Shown piece after piece: positions 9,807 to 19,738 of a stretch of 64,000 bases of DNA (position 1 is the stretch's first letter; every line of letters starts with the position of its first letter). Under the pieces are notes generated by a model. That model saw only the letters and a program-made list of their open reading frames with translations. It did not search any database and was not told where the DNA came from. This DNA is from a virus (Duplodnaviria > Heunggongvirae > Uroviricota > Caudoviricetes > Crassvirales), in IMG/VR virus record IMGVR_UViG_3300020045_015898, positions 1 through 64,000 of that record. One strand, 5' to 3'. Made by a program: the position numbers and the translations under genes.

Positions 9807-12208
9807 TATTTTTTACTTGTTGGTTTATTTGCTTGTTTCTTTTTCACTTCCAACTCTTTAGCTTTATGGGCCATATTGTCTTTGTGCTTTATCATGTCGT
9901 TATTCATCTGTCCATGTTTTAAATGCATTTCTTCTTGAAACTTATCGTATTCAATGTCATCATTTTCATCATCTTCAGTTTTTATTAAGTCTTGACCTGA
10001 TTGTTCAATCTTTAATCTTTCAGTTTCAGCTTCAAGTTCTGCTATGTATCTTTTAGTTTCATCAGTTCTATTAAATTGATCAACATCTAATTGATTTTTA
10101 ATTTCTGCTAATTGCTCATTAGATTGAATTTGCATCTCTTGCATTTTACGAGCCTCTTCAGATTGTTTTTGCATTGATTCGTTTTTATCGTTCTCAGCTT
10201 TTTCAATCATTCTCTGAACTTCTCTTATTGATGGAGAGTTATAAATTTTCATTGCTGTTGAGAAAGATAACATTTGATTTTGCAATCCCATTTGAACCAT
10301 TCCGTCAAGTTTTTGCTGCATCTCGTTAATAGCATCTTCATTAGAAACTTGCAATCCGTATTCTTCTTCAGCGAACTCATCTCCGTCTATTTCCATAAGC
10401 TTTCTTGTCATATCGTCAGCAATATATGCAAACTTGACTTGGTTACCTTTTGATGCAATCTTAATTGTCTCTAGAAGTATTTGGAAACATCTTTTCTTGC
10501 AATAATCGTGAAGTGTAAATAGTTCTTCTGTAATGTGATTGGACTGAGATACAGATCTTTCAACGCCTCCTACAGTTTCTCTATTGTCTACCTGTCCCAT
10601 ACGCTGTCTAGATACTCCAATTATCTCGTCCATTTGTGCTTTAGCAAACTCCATCATTTGAATGTGAGTTTGAATAAAGTCTCCAACTTTCTGCTCAAGA
10701 ACTCTTCCGGTTGTGTTTCCTACGGCGCCTGCTAATTTTCCCTTAGCCATACCTCTATTACCTTCTTTGAAACTATCTACTACAGCAATACCTGACTTAC
10801 GCGCGAAGTACAGCCATTTAGTTACGTTCCATCCTTCTGGGATCTTAGCTAAATCTAATTCAACAATAGATCCTAGATATTTAGATAAAGCTTCGTTTAC
10901 TCTATACCAAGAAATATCATATAGGTATTGAAATGGTTTAGATCTCTCTACCAAAGAAACAGCTCCTTGTTCATTCGTGTTGTAAACTTGTCCAACAATT
11001 CCTGATGAGTTGTAAGATGGCTGATTGATTTTATTGTACTGAATCTCTTTAGGTTTGATTTGTAGATAAATATTCTTACCTACTTTAACACCTTTCCACC
11101 ATTCATTGACCCAGAATTTTTCAGCAGTCTCTCCTCTTTCTTTGTCAAGAATATAGTCTGGACTTCTGAATTTAACTTGTTCTTTTCCGAATTCATCAAA
11201 GAAAGTTACTTTAAGTATTTCTTTCTTAGACTTCCAGAACATTCTTAAAACTCTAATATTTCCGTGTCCGTCTGTGTATGTGTTTTTTGATGTGTTTGAC
11301 CAAACACCACTCATGTCAAGAAAAGAATTGATGCTTTCTCTCTGCATTACTTCGTAATTTTGCATATCATCGAATGCGTAAGATTCTCCGTCTGAATCCT
11401 TTCCAGTTCCTCCTGTGCTTTCTTCATCAAGTAAATCAATCTCTTTTGATTTTAAATCTTCATAGAAATGATCTTGAACTTTACCCGGGCTCCAGTAGTC
11501 GTCAATTACAATTATATCTGCATCTTCAATTTTGTTTGAAGTTCCTGATCTTAATGTATGTACATTTAGTGGATTTAACTTTTCAAAAGTTACTTGGCCA
11601 TTTACTATGTCTGTCATGTAGATTTCTTCTCCCATGATAAGAGCATCTTTAAATCCTTGTTGAAATTTCACTTTCATGTCAAGAGATTCTATGTGATATC
11701 TCATGTACATATTAGCTCTTTTCTCTCTAATATCTTGATAGTCGTAGTTTATATAATCACTAAAAGCTTTCATGTCTTTTTCTAGCTCTTCTTCAGGTCT
11801 AGTTGATTCCAAGTATTCATTTAGTTTTTCTTGAACAAGTTTCATCTTGTCTTTTGAAATCATAGATATAGTGTCTGGATTAGTTAAATTAACTGACCAG
11901 TCAAACTTACGTCTTTTCTCTTCTCCGATAAGAACATTTATTCTTGGAGTAACGATAGGGTAATGTTGAATCTTTTCAGGAACAAACATTTTTTCTATAT
12001 CTCCAGGATTAAGTATCAATTTCATATCGGCCGGATCTAAAATCCCATTATAGAGATTTAGATTTATTCGCTTACTTTTTAACCTTGCTCTTATTCGTCC
12101 ACTATTAATGAAACTATTATTGTCTGCAAAGTCTAAGTTAGCTTTTCTCCATTTTTTATCCTTCTTATTGAACGGAAGTTTTTGTTTAGGGAAATTACTT
12201 AATGACAT
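9806..12208 (-). CDS. portal-like protein (800 aa) with long C-terminal coiled-coil (barrel-like)
   Basis: gene order directly after large terminase; C-terminal about 150 aa strongly helical/charged (EEARKMQEMQIQSNEQLAEIKNQL...) like P22-type portal barrel; no motif proof. Confidence 0.45.
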   Translation of the reverse strand: MSLSNFPKQKLPFNKKDKKWRKANLDFADNNSFINSGRIRARLKSKRINLNLYNGILDPADMKLILNPGDIEKMFVPEKIQHYPIVTPRINVLIGEEKRRKFDWSVNLTNPDTISMISKDKMKLVQEKLNEYLESTRPEEELEKDMKAFSDYINYDYQDIREKRANMYMRYHIESLDMKVKFQQGFKDALIMGEEIYMTDIVNGQVTFEKLNPLNVHTLRSGTSNKIEDADIIVIDDYWSPGKVQDHFYEDLKSKEIDLLDEESTGGTGKDSDGESYAFDDMQNYEVMQRESINSFLDMSGVWSNTSKNTYTDGHGNIRVLRMFWKSKKEILKVTFFDEFGKEQVKFRSPDYILDKERGETAEKFWVNEWWKGVKVGKNIYLQIKPKEIQYNKINQPSYNSSGIVGQVYNTNEQGAVSLVERSKPFQYLYDISWYRVNEALSKYLGSIVELDLAKIPEGWNVTKWLYFARKSGIAVVDSFKEGNRGMAKGKLAGAVGNTTGRVLEQKVGDFIQTHIQMMEFAKAQMDEIIGVSRQRMGQVDNRETVGGVERSVSQSNHITEELFTLHDYCKKRCFQILLETIKIASKGNQVKFAYIADDMTRKLMEIDGDEFAEEEYGLQVSNEDAINEMQQKLDGMVQMGLQNQMLSFSTAMKIYNSPSIREVQRMIEKAENDKNESMQKQSEEARKMQEMQIQSNEQLAEIKNQLDVDQFNRTDETKRYIAELEAETERLKIEQSGQDLIKTEDDENDDIEYDKFQEEMHLKHGQMNNDMIKHKDNMAHKAKELEVKKKQANKPTSKK

Positions 12209-12276
12209 ATTTTTTTGTTTTAATTTACGAATTTATACTTTTATACCTATTTAGTTAATAGAAGCTTATGGCTTTT

Positions 12277-14622
12277 TTAAAGCCATGGCATTTTTTGATC
12301 TCCCATTGTGCCTAATGCTTTAGACCAGTTAGAATCTAAAAATTCATCACCTGTCATTGAGTTGATATTAATGTTAGATTTTTCTTCATATTTATCTACC
12401 ATCTTAGCTCTGTCTTCTCTCAATATCATTACCATGTCCATTGCTGAAACTCTATCCGCATTTATGTCTGCATTCCAAGCTATACACTCTTTTATATATC
12501 CAATACTCCTGATTCTTCTTAAGTTTTGTATAAACGTAGTTTGCATATCTCCATTCTCTTCGTCATAAATCTCGACTTCATATTGGGACATCATCCATTG
12601 ACGTTGAAGCGTTTTACCTAGTTTTATAACTTCTTTAGTAGTTCTAGTTCCTTTTGCTCTGTTTCCATGCAAAACAGTCTTAGCTATATACATGTCTCTT
12701 AAAATCTCCGGAGTATCAGAAAGCAAATGTAATGCATTATGATTAGAAAAATACGTAAAAAGTCCTTTTAAATTGCTTTCATAATTTGCTTCCGCGTTGT
12801 AGTAAGATGTAAGTCTTAAGCAAATCTCATAAAACTCTTCAGCTAATACAGGTCTAGCTGTATATTCTGCAACGATCTTATCTGTCCACATATCAAACAC
12901 AAATATTGATGCTAACGATCCATTAACTGTATAGTCATTATCAATAGGGTCAATACCTGCGATATATCTTCCGGAAAATACTCTTCCATCTCTATCTTTT
13001 TGCGGCATATCAAATATTTCTACTGCTCCGTCAGATTTACCACCTTTAACCACGTATGGAAATTCACGTATTGGAGTTATACTTGGATCTGGCGCCCAAG
13101 TAACATTTCCTTTAGTATCGTAAGATAACTTACCAATCCAATGCTCATCGACAAAACGGTCTATATTAGGCATAATATCTTCTAAGTAATCTCTTAAGTC
13201 GCCTACTGGAAATGCGCTTCCCTCTGTCCTCATAATAGCTTCCTGAGGAGTAATAGGATGTTCTGCTTTCTTTTGAACAATTGCATTTGGATCAGAAGCT
13301 CCGTATTTAGTTTTAAGCCTATCTTTTACTGTTAGAATTAAAGCTCCTACTACGTCACTGTTTCCATTCTCGTCGTACTTACCTTTAAAGTTCATGTATG
13401 TTCCAAAGAAAAATGAGCATCTTCCTCTACCGCCTGTATTTTTATCGAATACGTTTGGTAGCGAGTAAATGTTATATCCATCTCCGTTATAAAAAATTTC
13501 CTCTAAACCATCAAATGCTGCTCCTTCGGTACCGCCGGTTCCGTAAGCATTCATAATTCCAAACGCGAATCCATCTTCTTCTACTGAAGGTCTAGCAATA
13601 CCCCATGCAACTAAAAAGTTATCAAACTTTCCTGCTTCTTCCCATTCAATTAACGAGCCCCTTTTTCCCCTAGCTTTCTCTGGGTCATTCTTAAGAGTTA
13701 CTCCCATAACTTCATTTAAAGTTCCAACGTCTGTTCCAGTCTTAGAATCTTTACGACCCATTTTCCAGTGCATATCGTTTAAAGAGTCTTTTAAAGATCT
13801 AACTCCAGGAAATCCAGTATGTATTGCGCAGAAATCTGCAATAGCTAAAAATTTATTTAATACACCATCTTTAGTTAAATACTCTTTCTCATTTGCAACT
13901 GCGTAAGATTTAATCTTATGTCTTGCTGTTTCTGATTCACCTAATATAAAGTTACGTGCCATTTTAGAACCTCCTTTAAATGAGAATCCAGAACCCCTTT
14001 TTTTCAATGTCGCAGTATGCTTGCCTGCATTACGTGCCTGTTCTAAATAATGATAGAACAAATAATCTCCGTCATATACGTTTGGAAAATCTTCAACACG
14101 TCCAGCTCTTTGAGTTCCATCTACAACTTCAACTTTTAAGATTGGAGAATAGTTAAGATAAAAGTAATAAAACCCAGGAATCCACTCTCCATCTGATGGT
14201 CTAAAATGCCCTTCTCTACATCTTCTTGCTTCTTCTTTCCAGAATTTAAAGTATTCACTATTAGGATTCCTATTTGGAAATAGTCTAGTGTAAACTCCAT
14301 GCTTTTTAAAATGAATTGCAGATTCTCTAAAGAAGTCCATGTCTTCTAATATGTGAGGATTAGTTATATCTACTACTATTTTTCCGTTAGGATCTAGATT
14401 TCTAATCTTAGCTCCTGGTATTACAGCGAAAGTTGGCAATGCCGGGTTATCCCATCTTTCTAGATCTCTTGCGTATAATCTAGTTGGAGAAGATAAATTT
14501 TGTAGAAACATAATAGAATCAAGCATTTCAAATAGATCCGCTTCCTCTTCTTTGTTCATGTGTGACATCAGTTCTGCTGTTAAGTCAGTCTGTATCTTAT
14601 TGAATTTTCTATAGTTATCCAT
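12277..14622 (-). CDS. terminase large subunit
   Basis: C-terminal YIAGIDPIDND...SLASIFVFD resembles RNase-H-like terminase nuclease motif (IGxDPA...D); upstream LIEWEEAG Walker-B-like; gene order small ORF - this - portal. Confidence 0.55.
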   Translation of the reverse strand: MDNYRKFNKIQTDLTAELMSHMNKEEEADLFEMLDSIMFLQNLSSPTRLYARDLERWDNPALPTFAVIPGAKIRNLDPNGKIVVDITNPHILEDMDFFRESAIHFKKHGVYTRLFPNRNPNSEYFKFWKEEARRCREGHFRPSDGEWIPGFYYFYLNYSPILKVEVVDGTQRAGRVEDFPNVYDGDYLFYHYLEQARNAGKHTATLKKRGSGFSFKGGSKMARNFILGESETARHKIKSYAVANEKEYLTKDGVLNKFLAIADFCAIHTGFPGVRSLKDSLNDMHWKMGRKDSKTGTDVGTLNEVMGVTLKNDPEKARGKRGSLIEWEEAGKFDNFLVAWGIARPSVEEDGFAFGIMNAYGTGGTEGAAFDGLEEIFYNGDGYNIYSLPNVFDKNTGGRGRCSFFFGTYMNFKGKYDENGNSDVVGALILTVKDRLKTKYGASDPNAIVQKKAEHPITPQEAIMRTEGSAFPVGDLRDYLEDIMPNIDRFVDEHWIGKLSYDTKGNVTWAPDPSITPIREFPYVVKGGKSDGAVEIFDMPQKDRDGRVFSGRYIAGIDPIDNDYTVNGSLASIFVFDMWTDKIVAEYTARPVLAEEFYEICLRLTSYYNAEANYESNLKGLFTYFSNHNALHLLSDTPEILRDMYIAKTVLHGNRAKGTRTTKEVIKLGKTLQRQWMMSQYEVEIYDEENGDMQTTFIQNLRRIRSIGYIKECIAWNADINADRVSAMDMVMILREDRAKMVDKYEEKSNININSMTGDEFLDSNWSKALGTMGDQKMPWL

Positions 14623-15194
14623 TAAATTCCTTCGTTATCAAAAACCCCTCCATTCTTGGATCCTTGTGATTTAAGTTCTTTTTCTTTAACAATTTCTTGT
14701 TCAATCTCATTTAAAGCCTTAACTAGTTTTGGAATTTTTTCCACTGAAGCTACGATCTTTCCAATATCAAACATTGGTTTGTTATTTTTATCTCTTTCAT
14801 TTACATCAATGTCATCTAAGAATTTAGATATCTTTTCAATTACTCCACGAGTACTCTTAAGCATTTGAGTTGACGTTGTTGTTGAAGCCTCTACGTAAAA
14901 CTCCATAGCCTCGTCAATATACTGTGGCCTAATCCAATTAGGATCCATCATTAAATCCCTTAAAACAAATTCATGTCTCTCTTCTAAATCTAATACGTAC
15001 ATGTAATCAGACCTGTCATCAGACATAAAATATATATATGAAAGTTCTTGTATTGCTTTCTCCTTATCTTTAGACTTATCGTTAAGCCAAATTTCTTTAA
15101 ATGGCCTTAACATTAATGCTTGTGGTGAGAATGTCACCACAAAATTCTTTACTTCAAAAATATTCATCTTTCTCTCTTTAAAATGTTTTGACAA
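14622..15194 (-). CDS. hypothetical protein, possible small terminase subunit (by position only)
   Basis: 190-aa ORF whose stop overlaps terminase start; no motif. Confidence 0.25.
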   Translation of the reverse strand: MSKHFKERKMNIFEVKNFVVTFSPQALMLRPFKEIWLNDKSKDKEKAIQELSYIYFMSDDRSDYMYVLDLEERHEFVLRDLMMDPNWIRPQYIDEAMEFYVEASTTTSTQMLKSTRGVIEKISKFLDDIDVNERDKNNKPMFDIGKIVASVEKIPKLVKALNEIEQEIVKEKELKSQGSKNGGVFDNEGI

Positions 15195-15200
15195 ATATAC

Positions 15201-15228
15201 ACAAAAAAAGGGACTTTTTCAAGTCCCT
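15201..15228 (-). terminator. rho-independent terminator (AGGGACT...AGTCCCT + T-run on minus strand)
   Basis: 7-bp GC-containing stem, 6-nt loop, followed on minus strand by TTTTTTTG. Confidence 0.6.
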
Positions 15229-15232
15229 TTAT

Positions 15233-15442
15233 TTACACAATTTCTTTAGCAGCTCTTGGCTTCCTTACTCTTTTTTTTCTTGCTACAGTTTTGGCTTCAG
15301 CAACAATTTCTTTTGGGTTTATTTTTTCTTCTAATTCTTGTGTTTTCCTTTCTAGTCTGTCAATTGACTTGTTGATTAACCATGTACTAATAATTACTAT
15401 TAATACAAATAGTGCGTCAAATATTGCTGCTATTAATTCCAT
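15233..15442 (-). CDS. small membrane protein (69 aa, one TM helix, basic C-terminus)
   Basis: hydrophobic N-terminal 25 aa then K/R-rich tail. Confidence 0.3.
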   Translation of the reverse strand: MELIAAIFDALFVLIVIISTWLINKSIDRLERKTQELEEKINPKEIVAEAKTVARKKRVRKPRAAKEIV

Positions 15443-15444
15443 AT

Positions 15445-15651
15445 TTATTTATTTTTTTTTACTTCTTCTTTTGATTCAATTACAATTTCTTTCAGTACGT
15501 CATTACTGATTACAGCTAACGCTGATTGAAATTTAACTCCTTCTGCAATTGCTCCTCTAACCTCGATTGACTGAACTTTATTTAGTTCTAATGCAATCAT
15601 AATTTTTGCCAATGATTCTAATAAATTTTCTTTCATAATACTATTTTTCAA
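15445..15651 (-). CDS. hypothetical protein (68 aa)
   Basis: ORF in co-oriented operon. Confidence 0.3.
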   Translation of the reverse strand: MKNSIMKENLLESLAKIMIALELNKVQSIEVRGAIAEGVKFQSALAVISNDVLKEIVIESKEEVKKNK

Positions 15652-16252
15652 AATTAGTGTTTTTTAATCCTTTTGTGTCTGTAATGTATTCAATTTCTCT
15701 CTCTGAGATCTTAATGTATTCGTGTCCGTTAATTTCAACAATTGGTACAAGATATTCAAATTCTTTTCTTACTACTGAAGATAAATTTCCTTCTACTTTT
15801 CTTTTAAAAATTTCGTAGTTAATTTTAACTTCCATTCCTACAGCAATTTCTTGAACCTGACGTCCAATTGCCATTACCTTCTGGACAGACTGGTAGTCAA
15901 TTGACGAGTCTGTTTCTTTCTCGGTGCCGAATGATGCTTGAGGTAACCATAGTCCTGAATCTGTTTTTGTTTTATTTCTTCTTGCAGATATAAAAACTTG
16001 ATTAAACATAGGTCTTGTTGTTTCCGGAATAGGGAAGTCTTTGATAGAATCTTCATAAAGAAGTTCTTTGACTTCAGCTTCTGCTTTTGATGTTTCTGTT
16101 GCGTCTGAAATTTTAGTATCAAGGCCTCTGTTAGTTTTATCTCTTTCCCCAAAGTATCCTTTGATATCTCTTTGTAATTCATCTTCTGCTTTTTGGTGCT
16201 TAACATCGTCATTTACTTTTGCTGTTTTAATCCAAACTTTTTCTTCTTCCAT
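15641..16252 (-). CDS. hypothetical protein (203 aa)
   Basis: ORF in co-oriented operon. Confidence 0.35.
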   Translation of the reverse strand: MEEEKVWIKTAKVNDDVKHQKAEDELQRDIKGYFGERDKTNRGLDTKISDATETSKAEAEVKELLYEDSIKDFPIPETTRPMFNQVFISARRNKTKTDSGLWLPQASFGTEKETDSSIDYQSVQKVMAIGRQVQEIAVGMEVKINYEIFKRKVEGNLSSVVRKEFEYLVPIVEINGHEYIKISEREIEYITDTKGLKNTNFEK

Positions 16253-16254
16253 AT

Positions 16255-16509
16255 TTATTTTATTTTGTTTATTTTTTTATAGGCGTAATATACGGCGCAA
16301 AATTTTCCTATGCAAGGAATATTAAAATTAGTTTTTAGATTTGAAAACTCTTCTTTTGAGAATTCTTTTTCTGTGAAATTTATCTCTGAAATTTTCTCCC
16401 TCATGAATCCATACATACTGTCTATAACTTCTTTAGCTTCTTCAATACTTATCTTGTGTTTTGCTGCTATTTTTTCAAGCTCTATTTTTTCAGTTTTATT
16501 TACTATCAT
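16255..16509 (-). CDS. hypothetical protein (84 aa)
   Basis: ORF. Confidence 0.3.
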   Translation of the reverse strand: MIVNKTEKIELEKIAAKHKISIEEAKEVIDSMYGFMREKISEINFTEKEFSKEEFSNLKTNFNIPCIGKFCAVYYAYKKINKIK

Positions 16510-16885
16510 CTATTTCAAAGTTAAATACCAATTTAAAGTTGTCTGATCCTGGTAAGAAGTGTGGTACTAAAACTTCTGTAATCTTGTTATCTCTTGATAT
16601 AACACCTTTATTTCTTAATGCAGTAAGTAAATTATTAAATACATAAGTACTTTTAATATTTAGATCCAGCATTATGCTTTTTCTTACGTCTGGAGAGAAT
16701 AACAATTTATCTATCAAAGATTTATTCAATACCTCTTCAGACAATCTATGCCTGTAATAAAGAAACACACTTAATGCTTCAATTTCTTTTTGCCTTAAAT
16801 TATGATAAGGTTTTAAGAATGTCAACCAATAAGTGAATAATTGCTTCACATTGACGTTTATTCTTTTGATATTTATGTTATCCAT
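16496..16885 (-). CDS. hypothetical protein (129 aa)
   Basis: ORF. Confidence 0.3.
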   Translation of the reverse strand: MDNINIKRINVNVKQLFTYWLTFLKPYHNLRQKEIEALSVFLYYRHRLSEEVLNKSLIDKLLFSPDVRKSIMLDLNIKSTYVFNNLLTALRNKGVISRDNKITEVLVPHFLPGSDNFKLVFNFEIDDSK

Positions 16886-16890
16886 TTCTC

Positions 16891-17247
16891 TTATTTTTTT
16901 TCTAAGAAAGGACTGCCGTATTTAGCTTCGTAAAAATCCTCCCACTCTGTTATGTTTGCGCTCTCTACTGATGTGTTTCCACAAGGTATGCAATATACCA
17001 CGCTCTTTTCTTTTCCTGTAGTAAGATCTAATTTTCCTTCAAACTTTACTTCCTTTAGATGAAGTGATAGACATGTTTTACAATATTCTACCGGGACGTT
17101 GTTGTAATCTGATTTCCTTGTTACCATTTTTTGTTTTGTTTTTAAGTCTTGAATTATCTCTGTTGAGTAATAAGGAAATGGACACAATAAATTATAATCC
17201 TCTCTCTTTTTTATTTCTGCTGCTAAATTAATATCTTTTTTATTCAT
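16891..17247 (-). CDS. hypothetical Cys-containing protein (CxxC...CxxC)
   Basis: CKTCLSLH and CIPCGN pairs suggest zinc ribbon. Confidence 0.3.
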   Translation of the reverse strand: MNKKDINLAAEIKKREDYNLLCPFPYYSTEIIQDLKTKQKMVTRKSDYNNVPVEYCKTCLSLHLKEVKFEGKLDLTTGKEKSVVYCIPCGNTSVESANITEWEDFYEAKYGSPFLEKK

Positions 17248-17269
17248 TTCCTATTGTTTTTTAATCTTT

Positions 17270-17488
17270 TTACCAATTTCCTTCTGGACATGAAGTATTT
17301 ATAGCTCTTACCTTTGCCGCCAATACGCATCCGCATGTTGAACAAATCAATCCATCCTTATTTGATGGACATACATTACATACTTTTTTTCTTGTTGCAA
17401 ATAAAACTTCTTCTTCTTCTGTCGTTAAATTAAGCTTACTTCTTAAAATATTTTTAAATCCGTCTGTAATTTCTTCTATTTTACTCAT
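17270..17488 (-). CDS. small Cys-rich zinc-ribbon-like protein (72 aa)
   Basis: CNVCPSNKDGLICSTCGC...SCPEGNW. Confidence 0.3.
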   Translation of the reverse strand: MSKIEEITDGFKNILRSKLNLTTEEEEVLFATRKKVCNVCPSNKDGLICSTCGCVLAAKVRAINTSCPEGNW

Positions 17489-17726
17489 AACTATTTACTG
17501 TAATTAGTTCAATTAATATTCCACTGTCTTTTATTATGAAAATTACTCCAGACATCACTCTAAATCTTACTGCAGACTTTGTTTTTTCTAACAACTCAAT
17601 CAATAACTCTTGAATATCGTAGGTAGAGAATAAAGTAATTGATCTATCACCGGCATCACGCGCTAATTTTATAATTTTTCTAAGCTGATCTTTATAAGAA
17701 TCACTTGGCAATATTACTACTTTCAT
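17481..17726 (-). CDS. hypothetical protein (81 aa)
   Basis: ORF. Confidence 0.3.
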   Translation of the reverse strand: MKVVILPSDSYKDQLRKIIKLARDAGDRSITLFSTYDIQELLIELLEKTKSAVRFRVMSGVIFIIKDSGILIELITVNSYE

Positions 17727-17727
17727 T

Positions 17728-18003
17728 TTATTTTTGTTTTATTACTCCTGCAATCATGTCTTGAATTTTGTCTACTTCTTTTTGAAGCTCTTCAATTGAT
17801 ATATGTCCTTTATCTACTCCGTAGTTTATTCTGTTGAGTAAGATTCTTCTTTCTTCAGCTCCCATAGAACTAACTCTTAATCTTACTAATGCATAATGTT
17901 TTATTAATAACTCTTTATCCATAGATAGTATTCTATTTTGAGTAGGAGTAAATACATTAGTTTTTCTTTTTATTATCTCTGCTCTTTTCTTTAAAAATGC
18001 CAT
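17728..18003 (-). CDS. hypothetical protein (91 aa)
   Basis: ORF. Confidence 0.3.
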   Translation of the reverse strand: MAFLKKRAEIIKRKTNVFTPTQNRILSMDKELLIKHYALVRLRVSSMGAEERRILLNRINYGVDKGHISIEELQKEVDKIQDMIAGVIKQK

Positions 18004-18050
18004 AGCTTATTGTTTTGTTTTGTCAAAGATAAGAAACTATTTTAAACGAC

Positions 18051-18090
18051 AAAGCCTTTATCGTTAAATAAAGGCTTTTATTTTTAAAAT
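18051..18090. terminator. 10-bp perfect hairpin (AAAGCCTTTA / TAAAGGCTTT) followed by T-run on plus strand
   Basis: inverted repeat with 8-nt loop; orientation ambiguous relative to minus-strand operon. Confidence 0.35.
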
Positions 18091-18296
18091 AATGATATTC
18101 TTGCTCCAATGATATCGCAATATGTTTTCATTGTTTTTAATTGCATTAATAATAGCCTTTGATTCATCTCACTTAAACTATTAAATATGTCGTTATAATT
18201 TACAAAGTGTTCTAGATCAGCTATTCTTAATTCTAATTCTTTTTTTTCATCAACAACTCTTTGTTGATGAGGAAGATAATTCTCTCTTTCTTTCAT
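18084..18296 (-). CDS. hypothetical protein (70 aa)
   Basis: ORF. Confidence 0.3.
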   Translation of the reverse strand: MKERENYLPHQQRVVDEKKELELRIADLEHFVNYNDIFNSLSEMNQRLLLMQLKTMKTYCDIIGARISLF

Positions 18297-18401
18297 TTTA
18301 TTTAAATATTAAGTTATTTATTATGCATCCTATGATAAATCCTATTATTAATCCAAATGCAGTTATTTTTATTAATCTAAATACCATTTTTAATTTAATT
18401 T

Positions 18402-18827
18402 TTAAATTACTCCTCTAGATTCCAACCACTCTTCTACTTTAACCCAATCAACGAAATGTTTGTTTGATACGTTTCTATCGTACTTTATTGGACATCCTAA
18501 CGCACTATCGTCAATCATTAACTCAGCATAACTCTTAGGAGAATCTGTCCAAGTTTTCTGATCAGGATTAAATTGTATTCCATGCAGCGGAATATTATTT
18601 TTTTTAAACCAATTAATAGCATCAGTTAAATATTGCCCTGGTACAGCAATTATATCCGGGTCACCAGTAGACATTTTTCCTTTCTTATCAGATCTCATTG
18701 TAAAAAGTATAAGTTTATGTCCATTAGCTATTAATCTTTTTAATACAAATTGAGCACCTATATCTTTACCTACTTTAGGAAATTCATGAGTAACTACTGT
18801 TCCGTCAAAATCTATGTTTATTGTCAT
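18402..18827 (-). CDS. HAD-superfamily phosphatase-like protein
   Basis: N-terminal IDFDGTVV matches HAD motif I (DxDGT); size about 140 aa like phage 5-prime nucleotidase/phosphatase modules. Confidence 0.45.
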   Translation of the reverse strand: MTINIDFDGTVVTHEFPKVGKDIGAQFVLKRLIANGHKLILFTMRSDKKGKMSTGDPDIIAVPGQYLTDAINWFKKNNIPLHGIQFNPDQKTWTDSPKSYAELMIDDSALGCPIKYDRNVSNKHFVDWVKVEEWLESRGVI

Positions 18828-18829
18828 AA

Positions 18830-19141
18830 TTATTTTACTATGTATATATTAGTTGGTCTTTTGTACTCTTTAACCTCTCCTTCATGTAGAATGTAATCAT
18901 CAGTGTAGTCTACATTAGGTTCATTTTCGCATTTACACGCATAATGTATCTGGCATCCTGCTATTAATACATGATTTTCATCAGTACCTACTCTTGCGTA
19001 CCAATTTGAACTTCTTGCGTTTGTCTTTACTCCTAGAACTTTATCGTCTACGATTCTAACTTCTCCCCATGCCGATTTATATTGCTTTCCGTCCGGAGCA
19101 TAAAACCAAGCGTCTGTTGTTATTAGATATTTTCCTGTCAT
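18830..19141 (-). CDS. hypothetical protein (103 aa)
   Basis: ORF. Confidence 0.3.
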   Translation of the reverse strand: MTGKYLITTDAWFYAPDGKQYKSAWGEVRIVDDKVLGVKTNARSSNWYARVGTDENHVLIAGCQIHYACKCENEPNVDYTDDYILHEGEVKEYKRPTNIYIVK

Positions 19142-19143
19142 AT

Positions 19144-19341
19144 TTATTTCCTTTTTATTCCGTTTATGAATTTTTGTAATACTAATTCTATAAAGATTGT
19201 TGATGATTCGTGAGCATTGCCTTCGAATTTTAATACTTCTCCATCTATAATGAATTTACCTACTTCTTTTCCATCGCTATTGTGAAATGAAATTGTTGTT
19301 GGCTTAAGGCTTGAATCTTTTAATACTAATTTATCTTTCAT
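19144..19341 (-). CDS. hypothetical protein (65 aa)
   Basis: ORF. Confidence 0.3.
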   Translation of the reverse strand: MKDKLVLKDSSLKPTTISFHNSDGKEVGKFIIDGEVLKFEGNAHESSTIFIELVLQKFINGIKRK

Positions 19342-19387
19342 GTTCTTTTTATTTAAGCTACAAAGCTAAACTAAAATAGCTTATAAA

Positions 19388-19419
19388 CAAAAAAATCCTT
19401 AGAATATATTTCTAAGGAT
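19388..19419 (-). terminator. rho-independent terminator after tRNA array (ATCCTTAGAA / TTCTAAGGAT + T7 on minus strand)
   Basis: 10-bp stem, 5-nt loop, then TTTTTTTG on minus strand. Confidence 0.6.
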
Positions 19420-19450
19420 TCAAACTACTTCTAGTTTTATCTGATTTAAG

Positions 19451-19538
19451 CGGAAGAAGTGAGACTCGAACTCACACGGGTATTACCCCCAACTGTTTTC
19501 AAGACAGTGACCCTTAGCCCAACTTGGTTTACCCTTCC
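19451..19538 (-). tRNA. tRNA-Ser (anticodon TGA), long variable arm
   Basis: hand fold: acceptor GGAAGGG/TTCTTCC, anticodon loop CTTGAAA, T-arm GTGAG-TTCGAGT-CTCAC, 88 nt. Confidence 0.6.
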
Positions 19539-19582
19539 AGAGGTAGAGGGCCTTGCAATTGATAGAATCACTTACCCTCTTT

Positions 19583-19660
19583 GGGTGTTGCAGGGACTCG
19601 AACCCAATCTTCTCAGTTCACAGCCGAGCGCATTATTCCATTATGCTAACAACACAGTCT
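19583..19660 (-). tRNA. tRNA-His (anticodon GTG)
   Basis: hand fold: acceptor GTGTTGT/GCAACAC, anticodon loop with GTG, GGTTCGAGTCC T-arm, encoded CCA. Confidence 0.55.
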
Positions 19661-19729
19661 GCGGAATAGGATTTGAACCTATGACCTCGCGCGTCCAAGG
19701 CGCGCAAACAACCACCGTTATCTCCGCAG
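19659..19729 (-). tRNA. tRNA-Pro (TGG) or Gln (TTG); GC-repeat makes anticodon stem register ambiguous
   Basis: acceptor CTGCGGA/TCCGCAG, anticodon region GCGCGCCTTGGACGCGC, T-arm ATAGG-TTCAAAT-CCTAT. Confidence 0.5.
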
Positions 19730-19738
19730 GATTAATAG

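Noticed and set aside
9806-14622. Swapped assignment (781-aa protein as portal, 800-aa protein as something else)
   Set aside because: The 781-aa protein carries a C-terminal IGIDPxD...D nuclease-like motif typical of large terminases. The 800-aa protein has the C-terminal helical barrel typical of P22-type portals. Both calls remain moderate confidence.
15445-15651. HU/IHF-like DNA-binding protein call for the 68-aa ORF
   Set aside because: Length is similar but none of the conserved HU residues (e.g. GFGxF, R-x-G-R-N-P) are present.
19539-19583. 45-nt hairpin (AGAGGG...CCCTCT) between tRNA-Ser and tRNA-His as an additional tRNA
   Set aside because: Too short and lacks D- and T-arm signatures. 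Probably a spacer hairpin or tRNA remnant.
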